IMG/VR virus record: IMGVR_UViG_3300035660_000006 | Direction: 5' to 3' (one strand) | Origin: a virus | DNA length: 64,000 nt | In this document: positions 7,993 through 17,688 of the stretch, one piece after another | Layout of the letters: each line of letters begins with the position of its first letter | How positions within the stretch are numbered: the stretch's first letter is position 1 | Notes under the pieces: model-generated | Seen by the model: the letters and a program-made list of their open reading frames with translations, nothing else | The model's database searches: none | Told to the model about the DNA's origin: nothing | Position numbers and translations under genes: made by a program

Positions 7993-10125
7993 GTGAAAAA
8001 AGTGAAATTTGATGATGCAGTTGCATTACAATGGAACGATTTTCTCTACCAAAACTATTATTCCAATTATCAAGAGGCAAAACTATGGGATTCTTCCAAC
8101 GACATATTTTCTACTTTGGAACAGAAAAAAAACAGGATAATAGTTGATTTCAATGCAATCCAAAAATTTGATGATGATAATGGGACACAACTTAGGAAGG
8201 TTTTGTGCGATGGTTACAGCAGGGAGACACTTAATTTTTTTGAGAAGGAACTCAACTTTGAGAGTGTTGTAGATATAGAAGACCCAACAAAAAAATACAA
8301 ATATTCACTAAAAAAGTGGAATTATCCAGAACCAAAAACACCAACTGACCCAATTCCATATCTTGCTGAAAAAATAAAATTGGGTTTTAAAAATATTCCA
8401 GTTAAAATTTCTATCTTTGAAACCACTAACCATAAAAATTGGGGAAAAATAGTTGAAGTAACTGGAATGATTCAAAATGTAGGGATACCAACAGTTTACA
8501 CAAAACAAAAAACATTTGAGTGTTCCAAGTGTCATTATGAATTTGAAGAGCAGATTACAATTTTTCAAAAAAAAATTAAATTCAACTCTTGGGCGAGATG
8601 TCCCAATTGCTCAAAAGATGCAAAATTTGAAGAAGTAACATCAAAAGAAATAAAGGAGAGAATTCAACTTTTAATATTAACTGAAGAGCAAGTGTCAGCA
8701 TCCCTTCCTATTAAATTGCGAATTATTTTACCAGAGGATTTGATAGATGTTGAAGATGCAGAGCAGAGAAAATTATTGCTCGGCAGAAAAATAAAGATAA
8801 GTGGGATATTATATTCTCCGAAAATCAAAACAGAAGTTGAAAGGTTTCCAGTTGTTGACGCTTTGTATTGGGAAGTAATGGAAGAGGAAATACAAATTTC
8901 TAAAGAAGACATAGAAGAATTTAAAAAAATAGCAAATGAAGACCCAATTAAAAAATTAGTTGAATCATTCTGCCCAAGTATATATGGGAACGAGAATGTT
9001 AAAGAATCAATTATTTTATCGTTGGTTGGTGGTGTAAGTGAAGAAAACCCAATTGATAAAAAATTCAAAAGGGGAAACAATCATTTATTACTTATAGGTT
9101 CACCATCTACTGCCAAAACAACTTTATTGATGTATATTTACAGAAATTTTCCGAGAAGTAAATATTTAGTTGCATCGGAAATGTCAAGTTCTGGTCTATC
9201 TGCTGGTCTAATAAAAGACCCAGAAACAGAAAGTTGGATGATTTCTGCTGGTGCATTAGTCATGGCTAATAACAGTGTGTGTTTGATTGATGAACTTGAT
9301 AAGGCAAACCCAGAAGATATAAGAACACTTGATGTTGTTGCTGAAAGTTGTATTTTACCAATAGATAAGATTGGAATAAGCACAAAACTGAAAGCAAACA
9401 CAACAATAATTGCTTGTGCCAATCCAAAAATGGGAAGATATGACCCCCACACAGATTTACAAGAACAAATTCCTTTTGGTAGTGTTTTGTTGAGCAGATT
9501 TGACCAAAAACATTTGTTGCAGGATATTCCAAATGAAGAACTCGATAAAAAAATTTCAGATAGGATTTTGAATCCTGAAGAAGTTACACCACCAATAAAA
9601 CAAGATATACTTTTTAAGTATCTCACTTATACTAAAAAATTAAGACCAGTTTTGTCACAGGAAAGTAAAGATAAAATTAAAGAATATTTTATTCAAATGA
9701 GAATTAAAACACAAGGAAGAGCAGATATTATTTATGCAACATTCAGGCAACTTGAAACTCTAAGAAGGATGACAGAGGCTTATGCAAAATTAAGAATGGG
9801 GAAAAAAACAACAAAGGAAGATTCATTGATGGCTATAAAATTATATGAAAAATCCCTTATGACATTTGGTTTTGACCCAATAACAGGTGAAATAGATATA
9901 GACAAAGCAGAGGGGAGACCATCAAGTAAGACAAGAAATAAATATTATCGTATGCTTGAGATAATAAAAGGATTACAAGCAAACATGAAACTTGTGCCAG
10001 AAACAGACTTCTTTAGTGCATGTTCAAATGAATTTACTTCAACTGATGTTGAGCAATGGTTGAAACAAGCGAAAAATGAAGGGTTATTGATAGAGCCAAA
10101 ACCAAATATGTATGAGGTTGTGTAA
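7993..10125 (+). CDS. mcm: MCM replicative helicase
   Basis: C4 zinc finger CSKCHY...CPNC; MCM-type Walker A GSPSTAKTT; Walker B CLIDELDKA; arginine finger SRFD; 710 aa. Confidence 0.9.
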   Translation: MKKVKFDDAVALQWNDFLYQNYYSNYQEAKLWDSSNDIFSTLEQKKNRIIVDFNAIQKFDDDNGTQLRKVLCDGYSRETLNFFEKELNFESVVDIEDPTKKYKYSLKKWNYPEPKTPTDPIPYLAEKIKLGFKNIPVKISIFETTNHKNWGKIVEVTGMIQNVGIPTVYTKQKTFECSKCHYEFEEQITIFQKKIKFNSWARCPNCSKDAKFEEVTSKEIKERIQLLILTEEQVSASLPIKLRIILPEDLIDVEDAEQRKLLLGRKIKISGILYSPKIKTEVERFPVVDALYWEVMEEEIQISKEDIEEFKKIANEDPIKKLVESFCPSIYGNENVKESIILSLVGGVSEENPIDKKFKRGNNHLLLIGSPSTAKTTLLMYIYRNFPRSKYLVASEMSSSGLSAGLIKDPETESWMISAGALVMANNSVCLIDELDKANPEDIRTLDVVAESCILPIDKIGISTKLKANTTIIACANPKMGRYDPHTDLQEQIPFGSVLLSRFDQKHLLQDIPNEELDKKISDRILNPEEVTPPIKQDILFKYLTYTKKLRPVLSQESKDKIKEYFIQMRIKTQGRADIIYATFRQLETLRRMTEAYAKLRMGKKTTKEDSLMAIKLYEKSLMTFGFDPITGEIDIDKAEGRPSSKTRNKYYRMLEIIKGLQANMKLVPETDFFSACSNEFTSTDVEQWLKQAKNEGLLIEPKPNMYEVV

Positions 10126-10337
10126 GGTGGAAGAATACTGGATTTGCACAAAAGATGTAATAGAAGAAGAGAGCCTGTTCAGAAAAAGGCATAAAAGGTA
10201 TGTATTCAGACCAATTGTAAAGATTGATGATGGTGAAAAAATAAGATTGAATAAGATAAAATCTGGAAGCACATGCTCGGAATATGTTGTTTTTGTTATA
10301 AAGAAAACTATTAAACTTTAAACATCAAACGATTAAT

Positions 10338-10793
10338 ATGGCAAAGAAAAAACAAAGTGAAGAGAAGAAAATAATCATGAACAAAAGATTGTCTACATTC
10401 AATGTTCTGGTCTATTTCATTCTCTCTCTCGCTGGTTGCACAATAATGGTGTTTGTTGCCCATGCTTGGGGGATACAATTCCATAATTTTGACCTATCCT
10501 ATAACATGGCTCTATTGATAAATGATATGAACAACGCCGATTCTTGCAATGAAACACTTGATTTCAGAGAAATGAAAGACAGATGGGGGTTGGGAGAAAA
10601 TGACACAGTAAGTTATGAGGATGTATATGTCAGTTCCAGTGATTTTTTATCTGAATTGATATTTTTAGCATTTTATGGGGCTGGTATGTTTGCTTTTGGT
10701 ATTTGTGGATTGGTTTTTATGTTGTCGCAATTCATAGAAAGCGATGCTGAAAAAAATCTAACATTATTGAAAATTTATAAGCAGAAAAAATAA
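10338..10793 (+). CDS. membrane protein (151 aa)
   Basis: two predicted TM helices. Confidence 0.45.
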   Translation: MAKKKQSEEKKIIMNKRLSTFNVLVYFILSLAGCTIMVFVAHAWGIQFHNFDLSYNMALLINDMNNADSCNETLDFREMKDRWGLGENDTVSYEDVYVSSSDFLSELIFLAFYGAGMFAFGICGLVFMLSQFIESDAEKNLTLLKIYKQKK

Positions 10794-10795
10794 AA

Positions 10796-11104
10796 GTGAA
10801 AAAAGTGGATAAAAAAAATGGAGTATGTTTTGTATTAGATGGTCATGTAATGAAAAGTTACATTGAAGGAAAGGACAAACACATGGATGAAATGTTGAGC
10901 CATGAAGTTGAATTTTACAGAAATAATGAAAAATTAAAAATGGTTACCCCAATTCAAGCATTCATGTTTGCTTTGTTTACTTCCGAGAACATAGATGGTG
11001 AAAGGCTTAAAAGATTGGTTGACAGGGTTAGTTTCAATTTCATAACAACAGAAAATGGCAAACCAAAAGTAATAGATTTAGATTATTTGAGAGATGAAAA
11101 ATAA
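10796..11104 (+). CDS. hypothetical protein
   Basis: ORF, coupled. Confidence 0.4.
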   Translation: MKKVDKKNGVCFVLDGHVMKSYIEGKDKHMDEMLSHEVEFYRNNEKLKMVTPIQAFMFALFTSENIDGERLKRLVDRVSFNFITTENGKPKVIDLDYLRDEK

Positions 11105-11297
11105 TGGCAGTGGAAAGTAAAATAAATTGTAATATTATAGGTCATGAAGGGTGTGGCATGTCTTATTGCAGTTTGGATTTAATGAGAAGAATTCAATTAT
11201 TTTTTGATATATCTGTTGTTAATACTTGTTTTTCCCCAGAAGAATTATTGAAGAAAGTTAAGAAAGCAGAAAAGGGAGAAAATTTTATCCTCATAGA

Positions 11298-11606
11298 ATG
11301 GTGAAAATAATGGTTAAGATTAAGCAAAAAACAAAAAACAGAATTTTTGCTGTGCTTCTTTTGATAGGCTTGATTATATTAATCATAGATTCGTTTCAAA
11401 ACACTTTTAATGACCTTAAATATGGTCATTGTGGATTTTATAGATGGGTAATCGGAAGCATAAAATTAGGTTATGTCAATTGTGAAGGCAACAATATGCA
11501 CACATATTTGCAGAATTACATGGGATATTTTATGATGATTTTTAATCCAATTACTATATTAGCAATTTTTTTTGTTGACATGTTTAGAGGGGGAGACAAT
11601 GCTTGA
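11298..11606 (+). CDS. membrane protein
   Basis: hydrophobic segments. Confidence 0.4.
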   Translation: MVKIMVKIKQKTKNRIFAVLLLIGLIILIIDSFQNTFNDLKYGHCGFYRWVIGSIKLGYVNCEGNNMHTYLQNYMGYFMMIFNPITILAIFFVDMFRGGDNA

Positions 11607-12080
11607 AGTAATAATAATATATGGTTTTTTGGTTGTATTTGTTTTAATTGGGTTGTTTGTTGTATATGATTTATGGATAGGTGAGCCAGATGGTGAAAAA
11701 TGATGCCTAAATTAGTTAGATTTAAAGTAAGGAAAATAGTGCCTAAACACAAACGCATAGTCAAAGACCGAGAAGGCAAAGTTGTAGATTATGAGGAGTG
11801 GTGAGTAAAAATGAGAATGTATGATAAAAAAGGAAATTTTGTCAAGGATTGTGATTGTTTTTGCCATGAAATTTTTAAACATTGTAGTTGTGATTGTTCA
11901 GAAAAAGGATTGATAGAAGAAGTATATGTAAAAAAGAATGGTGATAATAATGGATGAAATATGGGATGAGTTTGAACAAATGGGTTGGTTCGGACAAGCG
12001 TTATATTTCGCTTTGTTTTTCATAATTTTTGTGTTGGTTGATTTACCAATGATAATTGCCAATAAAATATGTGATTTGTA

Positions 12081-12692
12081 ATGCCAAAAATAGATGGTTC
12101 GTGGGACAAAGTGTGGAAGAGTTATGAAGGGTTAAATATATTTGGAAGAAAGTTAATAGATGCGACAGAAGAAAAATTCAAAGAAGTTCTTTTGATGTAT
12201 ATACCAAAAGATTTTTCCATAATTGAAGTCGGTTGTGGGGCAGGAAATACACTTGCAATTTTCAGGAGATTAGGGTATAAGGATGTTGTTGGTATAGACC
12301 CATCTATCAATTCGATGAGATTATGTTTGCAGAAAGGATTTGTGGTAAATAAAGATGTATTCAAAAATAATTCGCAAGAATGGAAAGTGAAAAAAGATGT
12401 TGTATTCTCGCATGGAATGTTAGAGCATTACGATTATGTTCCCATGAAAGAGATTGCTAAAGATTTTGTGAGATTAGCGAAAAGGTTTATCGTGATAGTC
12501 CAACCAAACCCAGAATCTATCGTTCATATAATAAGAAAGAAAGTGACAAAATCAAGATGGGAATGGGAAAGACCTTACACAGCGAATGATTATAAGCAAA
12601 TATTCACTTCGCTTGGCTTCAGGCTTATTTATGAAACTACAATAAATTATTTTCATGAGGATTATTTCATGATTTTTGAAAGAGGTGAATAG
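12081..12692 (+). CDS. class I SAM-dependent methyltransferase
   Basis: motif I IIEVGCGAGNT. Confidence 0.7.
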   Translation: MPKIDGSWDKVWKSYEGLNIFGRKLIDATEEKFKEVLLMYIPKDFSIIEVGCGAGNTLAIFRRLGYKDVVGIDPSINSMRLCLQKGFVVNKDVFKNNSQEWKVKKDVVFSHGMLEHYDYVPMKEIAKDFVRLAKRFIVIVQPNPESIVHIIRKKVTKSRWEWERPYTANDYKQIFTSLGFRLIYETTINYFHEDYFMIFERGE

Positions 12693-13404
12693 TATGGATG
12701 ATAAACAAGTTGCAGATTTAGTAGATAAGATGATTGATGATTTTCTTGAAAAAGATGATAAGGAAAAAAATGATAACGTATTTTACCCCAGTGAGCTTCC
12801 TTACTGCAAAAGGAAAAATTATTACAGCAGAAGATGTAATATTCCCTTCGATGCCGAGACCAAGAGGCTCTTTCACATGGGAAATTTAATACATAATTTT
12901 ATAACTTTTTTGCTGAAAAAAAACTTTGAAGGAAAGTTGATAGATTCCGAGAGAAGCCTTACTGTTATTGCCGATGCCGAGCATGACATTGATATTAGGG
13001 GAAGGTTGGATAATCTTGTTATGATTAATGATGAAAGTGGAAGTGAAAAAACTATCTTTGAAGTGAAATCAACAGCCAACATCAGTTTCATGAAGGAAGC
13101 ACAGGAACATCATGTTATGCAAATAACACCTTACTTAAGAGCATTGCAAATGAAAAAAGGTTACATTGTCTATGTTGAAAAAAACACATTAAAAACAAAA
13201 GTTTTTCCAGTTGAATATAACAAAGAAATTTTTCTCAAGTTAGTAAACAGGGCAAAAGATATTGCAAAACATTTGAGGGAAAACACATTACCAGAGGCAG
13301 ATGGAAAGAAGAGTAAATGGGAATGTAATTACTGCTCGTATAAAACCCAATGTGATAACAATTATAATCCAAATGATACAAATGAAAAAAAAAGTAATGC
13401 TTAA
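12676..13404 (+). CDS. Cas4-like / RecB-family PD-(D/E)xK nuclease with 4Fe-4S cysteines
   Basis: N-terminal Cys (PYCKRK); D...EVK nuclease motifs; QxxxY; C-terminal CNYCSYKTQC cluster. Confidence 0.7.
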   Translation: MKEVNSMDDKQVADLVDKMIDDFLEKDDKEKNDNVFYPSELPYCKRKNYYSRRCNIPFDAETKRLFHMGNLIHNFITFLLKKNFEGKLIDSERSLTVIADAEHDIDIRGRLDNLVMINDESGSEKTIFEVKSTANISFMKEAQEHHVMQITPYLRALQMKKGYIVYVEKNTLKTKVFPVEYNKEIFLKLVNRAKDIAKHLRENTLPEADGKKSKWECNYCSYKTQCDNNYNPNDTNEKKSNA

Positions 13405-13645
13405 ATTTAATTCATACCAAAAGAGAATACTTCATGAATCTGATTATTGGTGGTTAACCTGCGAAAGAGTTGGTCAATCACTTAATGAGTTGAGCAAAAA
13501 AAGTGGGTTCAGCAATTATTGGACTAAAAAACAACTTGATGATTTAGTTCAAAAAAATATATTAATGATATTTCCTTATGGAAAACGATACAGATATGCA
13601 TATACAAAAGAATTCAAAGAAATTTTAGAAGAACTGCGAATGTAA
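13301..13645 (+). CDS. small HTH/wH-like protein (true start probably at the internal Met near 13384)
   Basis: ORF overlaps the Cas4-like gene out of frame; the C-terminal 80 aa look like a wH regulator. Confidence 0.4.
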   Translation: MERRVNGNVITARIKPNVITIIIQMIQMKKKVMLKFNSYQKRILHESDYWWLTCERVGQSLNELSKKSGFSNYWTKKQLDDLVQKNILMIFPYGKRYRYAYTKEFKEILEELRM

Positions 13646-13890
13646 TTTAAAGGCAAGAATCCCTGTCTTCCATGTCAAGTGGGTGGGTGCAATTCCCTTG
13701 CTATCCGAAAGGTAAAGGTTACAGAAATTAAAACAGTGCATAATAATGTGAAAGGTGTTTTGTGAACAGAAAATACCAAGTAGCAAAAACTATTATGCCT
13801 TCCTGAAGCCTTGACCACTTGCCTCTCGCCCATTCCCCAAGATTGGAGAAAGCAGGATATTGGGGTTAAATTCCCCACATTCGCACTATA
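13643..13890 (+). ncRNA. candidate structured non-coding RNA (class unknown; strand uncertain)
   Basis: about 250 nt with no ORF and GC well above surroundings; terminal 7-nt inverted repeat GCGAATG / CATTCGC; internal long-range complements CAAGTGG / CCACTTG; GGGTGCAATTCCC and TGGGGTTAAATTCCCCA hairpin-like motifs. Confidence 0.35.
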
Positions 13891-13949
13891 TTTTTTCTCT
13901 TGAATAGAAAATTGTTATAAATTTAAAGTTTAAAATTAAAAATTTAACT

Positions 13950-14915
13950 ATGACAAAAACAACACAATATGATGAAGATTTTTGGGAAACAAATTTCATA
14001 AAAAAAGTTTTGGTCGGTCTTGGAATATTAGTTTGTGCAGTTATTCTATTGAGTTTAGTAAGCAGTTTTTGGCAAGAAATTCCAGCAGGAAATGTTGGTG
14101 TCATGGAGACATTCGGAAAAGTAAGCCCAACAACCTATAATTCTGGGTTAGTTTTTCCAAAAAATCCTTTCGCAAGATTCAATATTTACAACATGAGAAT
14201 GCAGAAATTAAACATAGAAAATCTTGAAGCAAGTGATAAGGAAGGACAGTTGGTTTACGCAGATATTGTAATCAATTACAAAATAAAAGATAACAATTCT
14301 GCGAGAAGAATATTACTTGAGATAGGAAAACCATCTGATTATGTAGATATAATGGCATTAAAAGAAAAGACAACACAAGGTTTCAAGCAGACAACAGTGA
14401 ATTATGAAGCGATGGAAATTCTCGAAAAAAGACAGGAAGTAAGCGACAAAGCAAGGGATAATATTTTCAATCGTTTGCCCACAGATTTGCTTGATGTTGA
14501 ATCAATAAACATTGTTGACATTAGATTTACCCAAGCATTTGATGATGCGATTGAAAGAAAGAAAGTTGCAGAGCAATCAGCACTCGCATCAGAGAACGAA
14601 GTGAAAGTTGCAGAGGCAGAAGCAAAGAAATTAGTTGCACAAGCAGAAGGAGAAAAGAAGGTGACAATACTTAATGCAGAAGCACAGGCAGAACAAAAAT
14701 TAGTTATCGCAAAGGCAGAAGCACAATCATTAATGTTGCAGAAGGAACAAATTACTCCATTGATACTTCAGTTAAGACAGATTGAAGCACAAGTGAAAGC
14801 ATACGAGAAGTGGAATGGTCAGTTACCAACAATAATTTCAGGTCAAGGAAGCATTCCATTCATCAACATGAATTTTGATTCCCAACAATCAAAGATTAGT
14901 AGTGGGGGTGGTTAG
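13950..14915 (+). CDS. SPFH/band-7 (prohibitin/stomatin/HflK-like) membrane protein
   Basis: N-terminal TM; SPFH core (IPAGNVGVMETFGK...); Ala/Glu/Lys-rich coiled-coil tail. Confidence 0.75.
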   Translation: MTKTTQYDEDFWETNFIKKVLVGLGILVCAVILLSLVSSFWQEIPAGNVGVMETFGKVSPTTYNSGLVFPKNPFARFNIYNMRMQKLNIENLEASDKEGQLVYADIVINYKIKDNNSARRILLEIGKPSDYVDIMALKEKTTQGFKQTTVNYEAMEILEKRQEVSDKARDNIFNRLPTDLLDVESINIVDIRFTQAFDDAIERKKVAEQSALASENEVKVAEAEAKKLVAQAEGEKKVTILNAEAQAEQKLVIAKAEAQSLMLQKEQITPLILQLRQIEAQVKAYEKWNGQLPTIISGQGSIPFINMNFDSQQSKISSGGG

Positions 14916-14982
14916 TTTTTTTTATTTTTTTTAATTTAATATTATTTTAATATTAATCTAATATTAGTTTAATAGTGATAAC

Positions 14983-15180
14983 ATGGCAGATATAACAATA
15001 ACAAAAATTTTACTAACATTCATAGTCAGGTTTATTCTCGTTAATTTGGCTTTCGGTTTGGTTTATCTCATAGACAAATTTTCCAAGACAGGAAACGAGT
15101 GGGATTTGAAATATATGCTTGTTGTTTCTTTCTTATCAACAGTTTTTATGACAATATTTTATGTGCTTGGGGTGTTATGA
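14983..15180 (+). CDS. small two-TM membrane protein (possible SPFH partner)
   Basis: two hydrophobic helices; directly downstream of the SPFH gene. Confidence 0.4.
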   Translation: MADITITKILLTFIVRFILVNLAFGLVYLIDKFSKTGNEWDLKYMLVVSFLSTVFMTIFYVLGVL

Positions 15181-15314
15181 TGCCGAGTGGCTACGATAAT
15201 ATGAACGATTGGTATGAGAATTCCAGAAGGAAGAAAAAACAGATAGACAAAACATTAAAAACCTAAAAAAACTATCAATGTTAGGGTATTTTCAAAAAAA
15301 AAGGGGTTAGACAA

Positions 15315-16442
15315 ATGGAAATAATAATAGATGAAGAATTTCATAATTTAATTCCACCTTTACACGAAGAAGAGTTTAAGCAACTCGAAGAAAGTGTAAT
15401 AAAAGAAGGGTGTCGAGATGTTTTAGTTTTATGGGGTAAAATATTACTTGATGGACATAATAGATATGAAATTTGCTCAAAGAACAACATTCCTTTTAAG
15501 ACAACACAAAAAGAATTCAAAGACAGGAACGAAGCAAAAATATGGATAATTCAAAACCAATTTGGAAGGAGAAACATTAACGCTTATCAAAAATCTGTTC
15601 TCGCTATAAAATTAAAATCTATTTTTGAAGAGATTGCCAAAAAAAACATTTCTTTAAGTGGTGGAGATAAAAAAAGTGAAGAATATAAATCAGGTTTGAC
15701 GAAATCATCAAAGCCGATTGAATCGATTCATACAAGAAAAGAACTCTCAAAAATAGCCCATGTTTCAGAAGACACTATTCAAAAAGTTGAAAAAATTGAA
15801 AAGGAAGCAACGAAGGAAGAAAAAAAAGAATTAGTAGAAGGGAAAGCATCAATTAATGAGATTTATATGAAAGTTCGCAGAAAGAATAGAGTTATATCAC
15901 AAACACCACCATTACCAGAAGGTAAATTCAACATACTTTACGCAGACCCACCATACAAATATGATTTCTCTTTAACTGTTAGCAGAGAGATAGCACAAAA
16001 TTATCCAGATATGGATACAGACGATATTTGTGCTTTGAAAGATAAGTTGCCAGTAGATGATAATGTTGTATTATTACTCTGGTGTCCAGCCCCAAAACTA
16101 AAAGATGGATTAAGGATTATGCAGGAATGGGGTTTCACTTACAAAACCCATGCTGTTTGGGACAAGGAAATAATAGGCATGGGTTATTGGTTTAGGTCGC
16201 AACACGAATTACTTTTGCTCGGTGTGAAAGGAAATTTTTCTCCACCAGACCCAAGCAGTCTTTTTAGTTCAATTATAAGAGAAAAAAGAACTGAACACAG
16301 CAAGAAGCCAGAAAAAGTTTATGATATGATTGAGAAAATGTTCCCTCAAGGGAAATATTTAGAACTCTTTTCAAGAACTAAAAGAAACAATTGGACAGGT
16401 TGGGGGTTAGATTATCCAAGTGGTAATAATGGGCAGAAATGA
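15315..16442 (+). CDS. ParB-like nuclease domain fused to N6-adenine DNA methyltransferase (MT-A70/DPPY type)
   Basis: N-terminal ParB-N fold (DGHNRYEIC); C-terminal ILYADPPYKYDF DPPY motif plus HAVWDKEIIGMGYWFRSQHELLLLGVKG. Confidence 0.8.
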   Translation: MEIIIDEEFHNLIPPLHEEEFKQLEESVIKEGCRDVLVLWGKILLDGHNRYEICSKNNIPFKTTQKEFKDRNEAKIWIIQNQFGRRNINAYQKSVLAIKLKSIFEEIAKKNISLSGGDKKSEEYKSGLTKSSKPIESIHTRKELSKIAHVSEDTIQKVEKIEKEATKEEKKELVEGKASINEIYMKVRRKNRVISQTPPLPEGKFNILYADPPYKYDFSLTVSREIAQNYPDMDTDDICALKDKLPVDDNVVLLLWCPAPKLKDGLRIMQEWGFTYKTHAVWDKEIIGMGYWFRSQHELLLLGVKGNFSPPDPSSLFSSIIREKRTEHSKKPEKVYDMIEKMFPQGKYLELFSRTKRNNWTGWGLDYPSGNNGQK

Positions 16443-16953
16443 TTTAATTGAAGATTTTGCTCTTGAAGAAATAGCGTCAGAGTGGTTTAATGAATTCTAC
16501 AAAAAATATTTCAAAGCAACGAAAATTTTAGATGTAACTAAAAAAGAAGAATACCAGAAGATAGGAATTGACAAAATACTAACTGTTGGGAATGGTGAAG
16601 AAATAAAAGTGGAAGAAAAAGTAAGGAGTTGGAGAAATAGGGACTTCTTCAAGAAGGATATTCTGTTCGAGTATTGGCACTCAAAAAGGAATTGGCTCGG
16701 TTGGGTATACACAACACAAGCAAAATATTATGTTTATGGTTTGTCTAACGAAAATAAGAATGGATTTGGCGATAGTGTAAGGGTTGTTGATTTACAACCA
16801 GATGGAAATTCTAACTCGTTCAAAATATTTATTAGAGGGAATAACTGGCAGACATCAAATACAGAAACTATAAAAAATGGTGTGAAACTTTACAGAACAA
16901 AAAATTTCATTGTTCCAATTGAAGATTTGGGAGATTGGGTCACGATAGTTTAG
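16420..16953 (+). CDS. hypothetical protein (177 aa)
   Basis: ORF overlapping the ParB-MTase stop. Confidence 0.45.
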   Translation: MVIMGRNDLIEDFALEEIASEWFNEFYKKYFKATKILDVTKKEEYQKIGIDKILTVGNGEEIKVEEKVRSWRNRDFFKKDILFEYWHSKRNWLGWVYTTQAKYYVYGLSNENKNGFGDSVRVVDLQPDGNSNSFKIFIRGNNWQTSNTETIKNGVKLYRTKNFIVPIEDLGDWVTIV

Positions 16954-16959
16954 TGCAGT

Positions 16960-17688
16960 ATGACCAAGAGGTGTGGAAAAATGACAGGCGAAAAAATCGA
17001 AGATAAAGTGGAAAAAGTGGAAAGTGAAGAGGAACAACCACAAGAAGAGAAGATAGAAATACCTTGCCCAAGATGTGGAATGAAAGAAATGTTTTTAACC
17101 AAAACTAAAAGGTCATTTGCTTGGAAATGCAAAAATTGTTCTTTTGATTCAAATAAACTTTCAGATGTATTTTCTCATCCGAAAAAGGAACTAATAGTCG
17201 CACAAAAACTAAAGGAACTTTGCCCACATCTGTTGTTTGTGGAGAATACCCCAATAGACAGTGATTTGATTGCTGGTAAGGAAGGCAAATCTCCTGTAAA
17301 GTATGATTGTTCTGTATTCTTTTTTGGAGATAAGATTGACAAGATAAAAGTTTCTATCTTGCAGAACATAGATGTAGACAGATATTTGACAACTGAAGAG
17401 CAATACCTTCAGGGTTCTATGAAAGTGTTTGAATATTTGGCTAAAATTGATAGCCTGATGATATTTTATGCACCACAAGAGCCAGTGGAAGAAAAAAGGT
17501 TAGGTGTAGCATCATGCAAGGATTTGAAAAAATTTGCAGTAGAGGTTAAGGATAGATTTGGTAATCAACAACTAAGCATACCAAAAGAAATCAGACCAAC
17601 TCTAATAACATTTGACAGAGAAAAGATTGTATCCATGCTTCACAGAAATCTCTGGAAGATAATCAAGGAAAGAAGATATATGTTCTGA
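16960..17688 (+). CDS. zinc-ribbon protein (242 aa)
   Basis: CPRCGM...CKNC. Confidence 0.5.
   Translation: MTKRCGKMTGEKIEDKVEKVESEEEQPQEEKIEIPCPRCGMKEMFLTKTKRSFAWKCKNCSFDSNKLSDVFSHPKKELIVAQKLKELCPHLLFVENTPIDSDLIAGKEGKSPVKYDCSVFFFGDKIDKIKVSILQNIDVDRYLTTEEQYLQGSMKVFEYLAKIDSLMIFYAPQEPVEEKRLGVASCKDLKKFAVEVKDRFGNQQLSIPKEIRPTLITFDREKIVSMLHRNLWKIIKERRYMF

Noticed and set aside
13855-13890. Possible tRNA 3' half (TGGGG-TTAAATT-CCCCA stem-loop followed by a 7-nt acceptor-like CATTCGC)
   Set aside because: The 7-nt loop lacks the conserved T-loop C56 pattern (it is TTAAATT, not TTCRANY). No anticodon or D arm could be placed upstream. The only matching 5' acceptor strand is about 240 nt away, too far even for an intron-containing tRNA. 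It is kept as part of the candidate ncRNA instead.
13636-13890. Assignment of the structured segment to SRP (7S) RNA
   Set aside because: A GGGTGCAATTCCC motif and a GGTCAAGGCTTCAGGAAGG-like stretch (minus strand) vaguely recall the Alu-domain and helix-8 motifs. But they lie on opposite strands, and I cannot build the canonical helix 8 (symmetric loop plus GNRA tetraloop). Left as unknown class.
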